Of a stretch of 64,000 nucleotides of DNA, positions 37,956 through 47,038 are shown piece after piece. Under the pieces are notes generated by a model, which was not told where the DNA came from, made no database searches, and was given only the letters and a program-made list of their open reading frames with translations. The stretch's first letter is position 1; each line of letters begins with the position of its first letter. The stretch is from Alphaproteobacteria bacterium (GTDB lineage Bacteria > Pseudomonadota > Alphaproteobacteria > Micavibrionales > UBA2020), in assembly GCA_046314385.1 (NCBI GenBank), contig JBKBWZ010000006.1, positions 6,173 through 70,172 on the forward strand, given 5' to 3'. The position numbers and the translations under genes are program-made.

Positions 37956-39299
37956 ATGTCCCATAGCCTGAAGCCCAACGATCTCGATGCCCATTTCATG
38001 CCCTTTACGGCGCAGAAATCTTTCAAGAAAAAGCCGCGCATGATTACGGGCGCGAAGGGCATGTATTACTATTCCGATGACGGGCGTGAGCTTTTGGACG
38101 CCTCTGCCGGTCTGTGGTGCGTGAATGCGGGGCACAGCCATCCGAAAATTGTCGAAGCGATCCAGAAACAGGCGGCCGCGCTCGACTACGCGCCGAATTT
38201 TTCTTTTGGCCATCCGCTGGGTTTTCAGGCGGCTTCGCGCCTTGTCGCCGAAATGCCGGGCGATATCGACCATGTGTTTTTCAGCAATTCCGGATCCGAG
38301 GCGGTCGATACCGCGGTTAAAATCGCCCTCGCCTATTGGCGCGCGCGCGGCAAGGCGGCCAAAACCAAAATCATCAGCCGCGAACGCGCCTATCACGGCG
38401 TCAATATCTGCGGCGTGTCGCTGGGCGGTATTCCGTGGAACCGCAAAGTTTTTGCAGGCGCGATGATGCCGAATGTCGATTACCTGCCGCATACGCATAA
38501 CCCGCAGGAACAGGCGTTTTCGCGTCACCAGCCCGAATGGGGCGCGCATCTGGCCGATAACCTTGAAAATCTTGTCACGCTGCACGATGCCGAAAACATC
38601 GCCGCCGTGATTGTGGAGCCTGTCGCGGGATCCACCGGCGTGCTGGTGCCGCCCAAAGGCTACCTTGAAAAACTGCGCGCGATTTGCGCCAAGCACGACA
38701 TTCTGCTGATTTTTGACGAGGTCATCACCGGTTTTGGCCGTCTGGGCAAAGCAACCGCCGCCGAATATTTCGGCATCGTGCCCGATATCATCACGGCCGC
38801 CAAGGGCATCAACAGCGGCACCGTGCCGATGGGCGCGACCTTTGTGCGCAAGGGCATCTATGACAGTTTCCTTGCCAGCGCGGGCGAATACAGCATTGAA
38901 TTTTTCCACGGCTATACCTATAGCGGTCACCCGCTTGCCTGCGCCGCCGCGCTTGCCACGCAGGAAGTTTACCAAAGCGAAGGCCTGTTTGAAAACGCCG
39001 CCAAGCTGGAAAAAACATGGTCGGACGCGCTGCACACGCTGAAGGGCAAACCGCATGTCATCGACATCCGCACCATCGGCCTGATGGGCGGCGTCGAGCT
39101 GGACCCCGGCACCGACCGCAAATACCCCGACGAAATGTCGCGCGCGATGGAAGTTTTCGACCGTCTTTATTTCGAACAAGACACCGTGATGCGCTTTACC
39201 GGCAATACGCTGGCCATGTCGCCGCCGCTGATTGTGACCGAAAGCCATATCGGCCAGATCGTCGAGCGTATCGGCAAGGCGCTGGCCAGCACGCGCTAA
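37956..39299 (+). CDS. class-III (omega) aminotransferase, PLP-dependent
   Basis: FFSNSGSEAVDTAVKIA, ILLIFDEVITGFGRLG and TAAKGINSG (PLP lysine context). AAGGA lies 8 nt before the ATG at 37956. Confidence 0.9.
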   Translation: MSHSLKPNDLDAHFMPFTAQKSFKKKPRMITGAKGMYYYSDDGRELLDASAGLWCVNAGHSHPKIVEAIQKQAAALDYAPNFSFGHPLGFQAASRLVAEMPGDIDHVFFSNSGSEAVDTAVKIALAYWRARGKAAKTKIISRERAYHGVNICGVSLGGIPWNRKVFAGAMMPNVDYLPHTHNPQEQAFSRHQPEWGAHLADNLENLVTLHDAENIAAVIVEPVAGSTGVLVPPKGYLEKLRAICAKHDILLIFDEVITGFGRLGKATAAEYFGIVPDIITAAKGINSGTVPMGATFVRKGIYDSFLASAGEYSIEFFHGYTYSGHPLACAAALATQEVYQSEGLFENAAKLEKTWSDALHTLKGKPHVIDIRTIGLMGGVELDPGTDRKYPDEMSRAMEVFDRLYFEQDTVMRFTGNTLAMSPPLIVTESHIGQIVERIGKALASTR

Positions 39300-39350
39300 A
39301 CCCGCGCGCGCGGCAGGGCGTCTGCATGACAAAATGCCTTGGTATTTGGC

Positions 39351-39881
39351 CTATTTCTTTTGCCGGATTTCGCGGTTGAAGCCGTAGTCAAAAACAAACG
39401 GCACCGGCGCATCTGTTTTTTGCAGATGGATATGAAGCCCCTGCCGTGCCAGAAGATCATTCACGCTGGTCATTTGTTCGATGTCATAGCTGTAATCTTC
39501 GTGGTGCGATTTCCAGTGCTGTATCTGCTTCAGCGCGCGCACCTTGGCTTTGGACTGCGTCGGCGCGACGACAAAAACATTTTTATGCTGTTCGGCGAAA
39601 TCGGCCGGATCATAGCCGCCAAGATTGACGAACCATAGTTTATCCGCACCCTCGGACGGTTTTTCCGAGAGGATAACGTTATGCCCGTCGGCAGAGGTCA
39701 GCTCGCCCCAGCAATCCAGATGCAGGCTTTCGGGTGTGCCCCACCATTCGGCGCGGATCAGATCATAGGTATCCTGCATCACCGCACCCGCACAGATGCG
39801 CACATCGTGCAATTCGATCAGCGAATTGGCGGTTGACCCGCCGATATAAAAAACAAAAAGCTTCAGCGGCGGTTTTGTCAT
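39351..39881 (-). CDS. DUF1543-like protein
   Basis: Two repeats of the GG..E(L)HD..F pattern (FYIGGSTANSLIELHDVRICAG and LWFVNLGGYDPADFAEQHKNVFVVAP). The start overlaps the amidase stop (TGATG). Confidence 0.6.
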   Translation of the reverse strand: MTKPPLKLFVFYIGGSTANSLIELHDVRICAGAVMQDTYDLIRAEWWGTPESLHLDCWGELTSADGHNVILSEKPSEGADKLWFVNLGGYDPADFAEQHKNVFVVAPTQSKAKVRALKQIQHWKSHHEDYSYDIEQMTSVNDLLARQGLHIHLQKTDAPVPFVFDYGFNREIRQKK

Positions 39882-41356
39882 CACGGGCTCCAGGGGTCGA
39901 AGGCGATTTTTTGCTCCAGCGCATGGGCAGTTTGCAAAACCAGCGCATCTTTCAGATAGCCCGCCATGATTTGCAAACCCGCGGGCAGCCCCGCCGCCGT
40001 CAGGCCCGCCGGAATGCTGGCGGCCGGCAATCTGGCAAGGTTTGCGCCGTAGGTAAACGGCGTCCAGTCTTCCCACGGTTTGCCTTTTGCGTCTTTCGGC
40101 ATATTTGCGCCGGCATCAAAGGCCGCCATGGCTGTCGTCGGTGTGACCAGAATGTCATAGTCATCCAGCACCGATTTAAAATAGGCACCGATATCCATAC
40201 GCGCGCGCTCCGCCGCCAGATAGCCGTGCAGCGGCAATTTATCGCCGCGCGCCGCCCAATGGACAAGCCGCGGGTCGGTCTTTTTTTTCTGCGCCGCTGT
40301 ATAGCCCGCCAGCATATGTGATGCCACCGCCATCCAGTGCTTGTTAAACACATCGATGATATCCGGCACATCCAGATGCACAATATCAACGCGCCCCAGT
40401 TTGCGCAGATGCCGAAGCTGCGCATTGATCACCAAAGCCACATCGGGGTTCATCTTTACGTCATTGATCTGCGGCGCGAAGGCGATTTTCAGGCGCGGCA
40501 GCGGCGCGTCTATCGCCGCTGCAAAGAAAGGTTTTTCAAGCGGCAGCGCGTGCCAGTCCGGCGTGCGGCCCTGCGCATCCGGCGCGGCAATGACATCAAG
40601 CATCAATGCGCAATCGCGGATGCTGCGCGCCATCGGGCCAATCGCCGACAGCGTCGAAAACAGACTGGGTGGAAAAGACGGCACAATACCGGGGCTGGGC
40701 TTGAAAGCCGCCACGCCGCAGAAACTGGCAGGGATGCGCACCGACCCGCCCGCATCCGACCCCATGTGCAGCGCGCCCATGCCGCAGGCCGCCGCCACCG
40801 CGCCGCCGCCCGATGACCCGCCCGATGTTTTGCGATCGTCCCACGGGTTGCGCGTGATGCCATAGAGCGGGCTGTCGGTCACGCCCTTGTGCCCGTATTC
40901 GGGCAGCGTGGTTTTGCCGATAAAGACCGCGCCCGCTTCGCGCAGCCGTGCCACGGCGGGCGAATCTGTTTTTTGCGCCGCATCCGAAGACAGGCGGGAG
41001 CCGAAACGCGTCGGCCAGCCCCTGACATGAAACCAGTCCTTGACCGACACCGGCACCCCGTCGAGCGCGCCCTGCGGCCTGCCCGCCCGCCAGCGTTTGT
41101 CCGATGCCTTGGCCGCGGCAATCGCCGATTTTGCGTCTACCAGACAAAAAGCATTCAGCTGCGGGTTATAATCGCGGATACGGTCCAGCACGGCCACCGT
41201 CACATCCAGCGGCGACACAGCACCGGACGCATAGAGACTCGGCAGCACCGCGGCTGTCAGGCCGCAAAGGTCGGGCTGTATTTTTTCATGTCTTTTCAGT
41301 GGTTTATGTTTAATCTTCACAGGGTTGTCGCCGATTTTTTTGCAGATATGATACAA
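39881..41356 (-). CDS. amidase-signature family amidase
   Basis: GGSSGGGAVAAACGMGALHMGSDAGGSVRIPASFCG is the AS signature. The track start is a TTG, so the true start is uncertain. Confidence 0.85.
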   Translation of the reverse strand: MYHICKKIGDNPVKIKHKPLKRHEKIQPDLCGLTAAVLPSLYASGAVSPLDVTVAVLDRIRDYNPQLNAFCLVDAKSAIAAAKASDKRWRAGRPQGALDGVPVSVKDWFHVRGWPTRFGSRLSSDAAQKTDSPAVARLREAGAVFIGKTTLPEYGHKGVTDSPLYGITRNPWDDRKTSGGSSGGGAVAAACGMGALHMGSDAGGSVRIPASFCGVAAFKPSPGIVPSFPPSLFSTLSAIGPMARSIRDCALMLDVIAAPDAQGRTPDWHALPLEKPFFAAAIDAPLPRLKIAFAPQINDVKMNPDVALVINAQLRHLRKLGRVDIVHLDVPDIIDVFNKHWMAVASHMLAGYTAAQKKKTDPRLVHWAARGDKLPLHGYLAAERARMDIGAYFKSVLDDYDILVTPTTAMAAFDAGANMPKDAKGKPWEDWTPFTYGANLARLPAASIPAGLTAAGLPAGLQIMAGYLKDALVLQTAHALEQKIAFDPWSP

Positions 41357-41457
41357 TAGGAAATATTCACAAAAGAGTTTTGCCTCTTTTGCGCCGCCGT
41401 ATCAAGCACTTCGCCGCTTTGTGCCGCGAAGACGCTGTCTAGAGGGAGAGAGCCCGC

Positions 41458-42297
41458 GTGAAACCCGTTCTGTTTCAAATGAAACCCGCCCTGTTTTTTG
41501 CCGCCGCACTGGGCATGGCCGTTTTTTGCAGCTATGCCGTGCCGCGCACCGCCGCCGCTTATGACGGGCTGATGTCCGGATCGAAAACCACAGATGGCTA
41601 TGACGGCCTGCTGGCCCCCAGCCAACCCGCCCCGCGCGGCAATACCCGCGGCACACAAGAACCCCCCGGCTATGAGGGCCTGATCCGCGGCGCCGTACCG
41701 CAAAGACCTGTTGAAAATCCGGGCGCGACCAGCCCGGTCTCGCCGGCACGTCCGGGAACGGTGGCAACGCCCCCGAGCGCGACGACATCGCCGGTTCTCA
41801 GGCCACAGCCGGTACAAACAGCACGCCCAGAAATACCGATGACACCGCGGCCAGGCCGGGCGCGTGTTGGGAATATTTCGAGCGCCCAGCAGCTGATGCT
41901 GCTTGCAAGACTGAACGGCGTCAATCTCGACTTTAACAGCGTAATTAACGATAGAGTAAAACCATCTCCCGCGCTGCTGGGACTACCCGACCCGAAGCAA
42001 CCACGTGTAAATGGTATGCTACCGATGGAGCTTTTAGCCAAAACACAAATTGATCGCATAATGACCAGTATCAATCATCCTGCACTGTCAAATGAACAGC
42101 GTCAGGTAAATGCCCGTAACGGGTACAACCAACTTCTGGGCTATGTTGATGGCATCATGACCCGCCGCATGGTTCCTGACGCAATGTATAAAAATGCCGG
42201 TCTGAGTGATACATTTATCGCCGAGGAACACGAGGCAAATGAACGCGCAATGGCACGCTTTGAAGAGGCGTTTAAAATTTTACGCCCGCTGCAATAA
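41458..42297 (+). CDS. secreted hypothetical protein with repeated Y[DE]GL motif
   Basis: GTG start with GGGAGAGAG upstream. Signal peptide MKPALFFAAALGMAVFCSYA. Mature N-terminus carries YDGLM, GYDGLL and GYEGLI. GC content falls in the 3' half. Confidence 0.6.
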   Translation: MKPVLFQMKPALFFAAALGMAVFCSYAVPRTAAAYDGLMSGSKTTDGYDGLLAPSQPAPRGNTRGTQEPPGYEGLIRGAVPQRPVENPGATSPVSPARPGTVATPPSATTSPVLRPQPVQTARPEIPMTPRPGRARVGNISSAQQLMLLARLNGVNLDFNSVINDRVKPSPALLGLPDPKQPRVNGMLPMELLAKTQIDRIMTSINHPALSNEQRQVNARNGYNQLLGYVDGIMTRRMVPDAMYKNAGLSDTFIAEEHEANERAMARFEEAFKILRPLQ

Positions 42298-42322
42298 GCT
42301 ATTTGAAAAAGAGGATCCTGAC

Positions 42323-42841
42323 ATGACGACGTACCAACCGCAAAGGACTGATAGCCGCGTTTCTCGCCTTTTCTTTTTTATTGTGGCATTGGCATGTTTT
42401 TTTGTCGTTTCTCCAGACAAGCCCTCTCTTGCACAAGGCTATGAGGGTCTTATACAAACGCAAAGTGGGTACAATCCCCCACGGCGCAGTAATCAAGACT
42501 CCGGCGGCGGCTATGAGGGGGTTGTGGGCTGGCAATCGCAGCAAGGCGCGACCAACCCTTATGGCGCTGCACCTGCAGGAGATATTTATCAATTTGTACG
42601 CAGCTCGGGTACAAGCGTTGATGAGCGCCGGGCCGCAGAGAGAGAAAAACGAGAGGCACAGCGCCTCGCGCGCCAGCAGCAAATCATGGACACCAATCGT
42701 GTTCGTGCCGAAGCGCTGCACGCCCAACTAGAAGCCCAAAACGAAGCACGGCAGCGCCAAAATCAAGCGCAGCATCGGGAGATTATGCAGCGGATGCAAC
42801 AGCAACAAGAACAGCAGCAGCAGCAGCAGCGACGTCGTTGA
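42323..42841 (+). CDS. membrane-anchored or secreted hypothetical protein with GYEG motifs and a Gln-rich coiled-coil tail
   Basis: AAAGAGGA lies 7 nt before the ATG. Hydrophobic N-terminus, then SLAQGYEGLI and GGGYEGVVGW. The C-terminus is QRMQQQQEQQQQQQRRR, encoded partly by (CAG)6 at 42812-42829. Confidence 0.6.
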   Translation: MTTYQPQRTDSRVSRLFFFIVALACFFVVSPDKPSLAQGYEGLIQTQSGYNPPRRSNQDSGGGYEGVVGWQSQQGATNPYGAAPAGDIYQFVRSSGTSVDERRAAEREKREAQRLARQQQIMDTNRVRAEALHAQLEAQNEARQRQNQAQHREIMQRMQQQQEQQQQQQRRR

Positions 42842-42867
42842 AATTTGAATATCAGCCCGAAGCCTTT

Positions 42868-43164
42868 TTAGGCGACGCCGTGATAGCTGCAGGGCGTGCA
42901 GCGCACGACTTCGTCGTCTTTCAATTCATAGAACATGATAATGCCGCGCTCGATCGCCTCATCAAGATAATCCTTGCGCAGCCCTTTGAGCACGGCTGAT
43001 TTTTCGGCGGCCGTAATCAGCACATCGCGCGGGTTATCGGGGCTGACGCGAAAACGCGCGGGCACTTCGATACCGCCGTCAAAAACAGCCAGACGCGGCA
43101 TCAGGATCGTAACCCCCGTCCGCGTGGCGAAGACAACTTCGTATTCGCTAATGATTTCAGCCAT
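42868..43164 (-). CDS. hypothetical protein (98 aa)
   Basis: Strong GGAGAAAAAGGAA region immediately upstream of the ATG. Coding-like composition. Confidence 0.6.
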   Translation of the reverse strand: MAEIISEYEVVFATRTGVTILMPRLAVFDGGIEVPARFRVSPDNPRDVLITAAEKSAVLKGLRKDYLDEAIERGIIMFYELKDDEVVRCTPCSYHGVA

Positions 43165-43233
43165 TTCCTTTTTCTCCCCTTCCTACTCTAGCCGAGTCTG
43201 TCTTAAAAAAGTGTTTTCGTGTAGGATGGCGCC

Positions 43234-43842
43234 ATGAAAACAAAGGATAAAATCTGCTGTTCGGCCCTGCCCCCCGCCCTGGCGGGCGCGCTGGAGGAGG
43301 CTTTGGGCGCTGCCGCCGATATCACCGCCGCGCCGGAAGGGGCCGATCTGGCGCTTTATCCGGCAGACGGCGCCGCACCGCAGGGGTTATCGCCCGCTGT
43401 GCCGCGCCTGACGCTTGACCTGCGCAGGCCGCAGCGTCTTGGCGGCATTTTGCGCCGCGTTCGGCAAATGATTGAAAGCCCCGCCTTTTATCTGGATGAC
43501 ATCGTGCTTGGCGCAGCGGTTTTCCAGCCGCAGGAAAAAACCATTTTTGCCGCCGCTGATGCGGCTGCCGGCAGCGCCGGACTGACCGACAAAGAAGTGG
43601 ATATTCTGCTTTGCCTTGCACGGCAGGACGGCCGGACGCTGAAGCGTGATGCGCTGCTGCACCATGTCTGGCGCTATCAGCCGGGTGTCGATACCCATAC
43701 GCTGGAAACCCACGTCTATCGCCTGCGCCAGAAACTGGCTGCGCTCGGCGGACTTGAAAATCTGCTGCTCACCGACGATGACGGCGGTTATCGCCTGTCG
43801 GTATCGCCCGCCGCTGCCGCCGCGGCAGAAGAAGAGGCCTGA
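43234..43842 (+). CDS. OmpR/PhoB-type winged-helix transcriptional regulator with a degenerate N-terminal domain
   Basis: C-terminal Trans_reg_C-like LTDKEVDILLCLARQDGRTLKRDALLHHVWRYQPGVDTHTLETHVYRLRQKL. The N-terminal about 90 aa lack an obvious receiver DD..D..K pattern. Confidence 0.7.
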   Translation: MKTKDKICCSALPPALAGALEEALGAAADITAAPEGADLALYPADGAAPQGLSPAVPRLTLDLRRPQRLGGILRRVRQMIESPAFYLDDIVLGAAVFQPQEKTIFAAADAAAGSAGLTDKEVDILLCLARQDGRTLKRDALLHHVWRYQPGVDTHTLETHVYRLRQKLAALGGLENLLLTDDDGGYRLSVSPAAAAAAEEEA

Positions 43843-44384
43843 GCCGCCGCGCCTTGCGCCTCCCGCCAGGCCGCGATAATTTTTTCAATTTTCACTTTCT
43901 GCTTTCCGGCGGCAGGAATATCTTCGATCACATGGTCGATACCGCGCAGATCCAGATGCCGCGCCGGCCGGCTTTCAATCACGATATCGCCCAGACCGGC
44001 GCGTTTTTGCAAAGCCGTACGGCGCGCATGCACCGCCGCGATACTGCGGTAAGGCACACGGATCGCATCACGCAGCAGCACATTTTCGGTGAAAGACAGA
44101 TGGTCGCCATGAAAATCGTAACAAACATGGCGGCAGTTAATCGATGCAACAACAAATTGCGGCGCAATGACAAGCAGCAGCACCGCCGCCGTCGACAATA
44201 GATACGAAAGCGCCGCGCCAAGGCCCAGAAACCTGCTGCCCAGCGCTGCCGCTTCGGGCAGCAAAAAAATAATCAGAAGAAGACTGACCGTCAGCCGCAC
44301 CGGATGCCGCCACAGCTGCACAAACGGATCAAAACGGCTGCGCAGCCGCAAAAGCGGGACAGGTGTTTTTTTACTTTGCGGCAT
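43788..44384 (-). CDS. membrane protein with bacterial PH (bPH_2/YdbS-like) domain
   Basis: Two TM helices, then HGDHLSFTENVLLRDAIRVPYRSIAAVHARRTALQKRAGLGDIVIES. The 3' end overlaps the convergent regulator gene by 55 nt. Start is uncertain (44384 or 44450). Confidence 0.6.
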   Translation of the reverse strand: MPQSKKTPVPLLRLRSRFDPFVQLWRHPVRLTVSLLLIIFLLPEAAALGSRFLGLGAALSYLLSTAAVLLLVIAPQFVVASINCRHVCYDFHGDHLSFTENVLLRDAIRVPYRSIAAVHARRTALQKRAGLGDIVIESRPARHLDLRGIDHVIEDIPAAGKQKVKIEKIIAAWREAQGAAAQASSSAAAAAAGDTDRR

Positions 44385-44988
44385 CAGCCGGCAAGCTGTC
44401 CGGCGCGGGCGCAGGGGCGGGCGCGGCAACCGCCGCCGATACGCGTGCAATCGCGCGGTATTCGCTGTCTTCGATCAAATCAAGAATACGCGGCATCAGA
44501 TCGAGTTTTTGCGGCACATCTTCGATTTTCAGCCCGCTGAAAGCGCGCGGATGCCGGTTGAGCCCCGGCACGGCAATCATAATATTTGTCAGCATGCGCT
44601 GGCTTTGCAGCGCGCCGCCGGCCTGCATGACATCATCAATATCGCGGTAGCGCACGCGGCCACGGCGCGGGCTGATCAGGAACTGGAAATACTGATATTC
44701 AAGATAATCTTCGTAAAAGCGGAAGAAGGTGCGCGCATAGGCTTTTTTCTTTACTTCGAAAAACAGCGGCGGCGATACAACAAGGCTGCCGATCAGAAAC
44801 AAGCCATAGATATGACCCGCGTTGAAAAAACGGCCGATACCGATCATATGCAGCAGGATATAAAACAATGTGCCGCCGATCATCGTCACCAGCAAAAACG
44901 CAACGGCTGTAAAGAGCAGTGCCTGTATGGTGACAAGCCCTTGATCAAAGTGCGGACGAATCGTCAGCAGTGGTTGTTTTTTTTCCAT
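44371..44988 (-). CDS. membrane protein with bacterial PH (bPH_2-like) domain
   Basis: Same architecture as its neighbours: TM hairpin, then RGRVRYRDIDDVMQAGGALQSQRMLTNIMIAVPG. Confidence 0.6.
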   Translation of the reverse strand: MEKKQPLLTIRPHFDQGLVTIQALLFTAVAFLLVTMIGGTLFYILLHMIGIGRFFNAGHIYGLFLIGSLVVSPPLFFEVKKKAYARTFFRFYEDYLEYQYFQFLISPRRGRVRYRDIDDVMQAGGALQSQRMLTNIMIAVPGLNRHPRAFSGLKIEDVPQKLDLMPRILDLIEDSEYRAIARVSAAVAAPAPAPAPDSLPADAAK

Positions 44989-45021
44989 AGGAATATACCT
45001 TCAGCGGTTGCAGACATTATC

Positions 45022-45576
45022 CTATGCCGCTTTGCTTTTCTCAACCAGTTCTTTGATCCGCTGCAGCGGGCTTTCGTCACTGCGCAGGCCGCGCAGCGTC
45101 AGGACCGGCCCGCCCGCCCTGTCATAATGCGGAAATCGCGCCAATTGCGGCAGATCCTTGTGCAAAAATAGCCGCACCCCGCCAAATCCGGCCGCGCGGT
45201 CACGGTCTTGCAGGGGCTCGGCATCCTCGACGCGGGCGATGGCCGAAAACGGGATGCTGGCCATGCTCCGCCCGCCGCCTTCTGCTGTCGCGCCCTGCAC
45301 CACCTCCAGCCGGTCACGATAGAGCGCATAGCGCAGCGGCGTCGGCCTGCGCCCCAGCAGCGCGGGCAGAAAAACCGCAATCAAAAGGTCAATCGCCGCC
45401 ACAGCCAGAAAAATAAAGGTAAGAAACATATCGTCACTGCCGCTGAGCAGGGGAAAGATAAACGCCAGCGCCGCCACCATCAAGGCCGCGGCAATCATCG
45501 CCTTGCGCAGCATCGCCACGGCCGAAGGCGGCGTATAGGTCTGGAGAATATGCAGCGGCGGCGTTTCTGTCGTCAT
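45022..45576 (-). CDS. membrane protein with bacterial PH-like domain
   Basis: TM hairpin, then YALYRDRLEVVQG..SIPFSAIARVEDAEP..GGVRLFLHK. Start set at MTTETPP. The track ORF extends to 45714. Confidence 0.55.
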   Translation of the reverse strand: MTTETPPLHILQTYTPPSAVAMLRKAMIAAALMVAALAFIFPLLSGSDDMFLTFIFLAVAAIDLLIAVFLPALLGRRPTPLRYALYRDRLEVVQGATAEGGGRSMASIPFSAIARVEDAEPLQDRDRAAGFGGVRLFLHKDLPQLARFPHYDRAGGPVLTLRGLRSDESPLQRIKELVEKSKAA

Positions 45577-45610
45577 GGCGGCGGCGTCTTTCGGGTTAAA
45601 TGTTTCTGCA

Positions 45611-46204
45611 TCAGCGCGCGTTATTATCGGGCGCGGCGGCCGGCACGGCAAGGGCAATATCATGCGCGCGGCACTGCGCCCGCAGCGCGGCATAGATCGT
45701 CTGCCCGCCCGCAACCGTCAGCGCCTGCACACCGGCTTTTTCAAGCGCGGCGAGCATATAAAAAATTTCACCGCCCGCATCCTGCCCCCCTGTCTGGGCA
45801 GATCGGTGTGGGGCAGCAGCGGGCGGCAAAGCCGAAGCCGCGCGCTGATACGCGTCAAAAGCACGGTGCGTTTCCTGAACAAAAGGGGCCGGCAGACCCG
45901 TATCCGGCGTTTGAAACGGCGGCGGGTTATTATCACGCTGCGGCGGCGTCTGACCCGCCAGCAGAACAAAAAGCGCGGCGATGCTCAGTTCGACCGCATC
46001 GCCGGAAAAAGAATCTGCGGAAATGCCTTCGGGAAAGTTTTCTGCGGCGCTGTCTTGGCCTGTGTGATCTGTATCTTTGAGCTCGTCGCCGCTACGTTTT
46101 TGCGGCTCGTCGCCGCTGCGCGATACTGGCCTGATCGGGGACGAAGGAGAGATTTCCTTGCGCGGGTCGACCGGCCTGAAAAAATCGCCCGCACCCGCAA
46201 ACAT
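45611..46204 (-). CDS. hypothetical protein (197 aa)
   Basis: Coding-like GC3. Same-strand neighbours sit 7 nt upstream and 35 nt downstream. Contains a 13-nt direct repeat encoding SGDE twice (46081-46117). Confidence 0.5.
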   Translation of the reverse strand: MFAGAGDFFRPVDPRKEISPSSPIRPVSRSGDEPQKRSGDELKDTDHTGQDSAAENFPEGISADSFSGDAVELSIAALFVLLAGQTPPQRDNNPPPFQTPDTGLPAPFVQETHRAFDAYQRAASALPPAAAPHRSAQTGGQDAGGEIFYMLAALEKAGVQALTVAGGQTIYAALRAQCRAHDIALAVPAAAPDNNAR

Positions 46205-46211
46205 ATTTGTC

Positions 46212-46946
46212 TTACTTCGTTCTGTCGTAGAGCTTCATCATATCTCCACGCATCCTTTCTGCTCGGCCGGGTCCGTTGCGCGCCCAAAGAACCTCTCCGG
46301 TAAGGGGTGAGACAATTGACATCATCGCAACTTCTCCCGCCAAAAGACGATAAGGCGTGCCCTGAAGCTCAATTGGTTTCTTATCCGCGAAATTAGGCTC
46401 GATTTCTAAAATCATGCGAACCCTCCCAGAAGCGCCTACTGTGGAGACATGCAGCTTTTCGGCAACATCTGGCTCGACTGACATCCACTGATATTCCATC
46501 AATTTTGGAACAACAATCGCATATCTTTGACCGGCGAATTCATACGCAAAAAACGTCTGGTCATTAAAGCTTTCAATGATAAAACCTTTGTTGGCTTGGC
46601 TATACGAAGACAACATAATATTTGCACCGATTACGAGCGTTTCCGGCTTGGCGAAAAGTCGGAATTTTTCGATGTATTCGCGGCGTTTGACATCCAGCAC
46701 CGCTTCGCGGTCGAAATCATTTGCTTCGCGGTATTCCTTGCTGTGGCGCGCCCATTCGGTCGCGCTGGGCGGGTCGGCGGACAGCACATGCTGCACAATC
46801 GCCACTTCTTCGGCGGTGGAAATACGCGGACGGTATTCGCCGCCCGTTGTGCTCGCGCCCCATTGGGCGGCGGCCGGCAGACTGGCCAGCAGACAAACGG
46901 CGGTGAGAGCACAGGCAAAACCGGCAATTTTTTTGGCGAAGGTCAC
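46212..46946 (-). CDS. secreted hypothetical protein (about 244 aa)
   Basis: GTG start with GAGAGGA upstream. Signal peptide TFAKKIAGFACALTAVCLLASLPAAAQ. The 3' two-thirds are visibly lower in GC. The track ORF start at 47207 overlaps the divergent Smr gene. Confidence 0.6.
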   Translation of the reverse strand: MTFAKKIAGFACALTAVCLLASLPAAAQWGASTTGGEYRPRISTAEEVAIVQHVLSADPPSATEWARHSKEYREANDFDREAVLDVKRREYIEKFRLFAKPETLVIGANIMLSSYSQANKGFIIESFNDQTFFAYEFAGQRYAIVVPKLMEYQWMSVEPDVAEKLHVSTVGASGRVRMILEIEPNFADKKPIELQGTPYRLLAGEVAMMSIVSPLTGEVLWARNGPGRAERMRGDMMKLYDRTK

Positions 46947-47038
46947 TTCTTGTTTATCCTCTCGTGCGGTCGTGTCTATCGGTCTTTCAAACGATAGTAT
47001 ATCATAACAGCGGTTAATTTTTTTGAACAGCGGCAGGC

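Noticed and set aside
37854-39332. N-terminal about 490 aa of the 751-aa minus-strand ORF (37077-39332)
   Set aside because: It is antisense to a clearly recognisable class-III aminotransferase on the plus strand. Its translation is Arg/Ala/Gly-rich with no motifs. Only the C-terminal rhomboid part (37077-37853), which has its own ATG and the GASGG/HxxxN motifs, is real. This is a shadow ORF typical of high-GC DNA.
46081-46117. 13-nt direct repeat GCTCGTCGCCGCT occurring twice with 24-nt periodicity
   Set aside because: It lies inside the 45611-46204 coding frame and simply encodes a duplicated SGDE peptide. It is too short and isolated to be a regulatory or mobile-element feature.
45208-46303. 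Plus-strand 290-aa and 242-aa Arg-rich ORFs
   Set aside because: Extremely Arg/Gly/His-rich translations with no features. They overlap the better-supported minus-strand string of genes (45022-46946).
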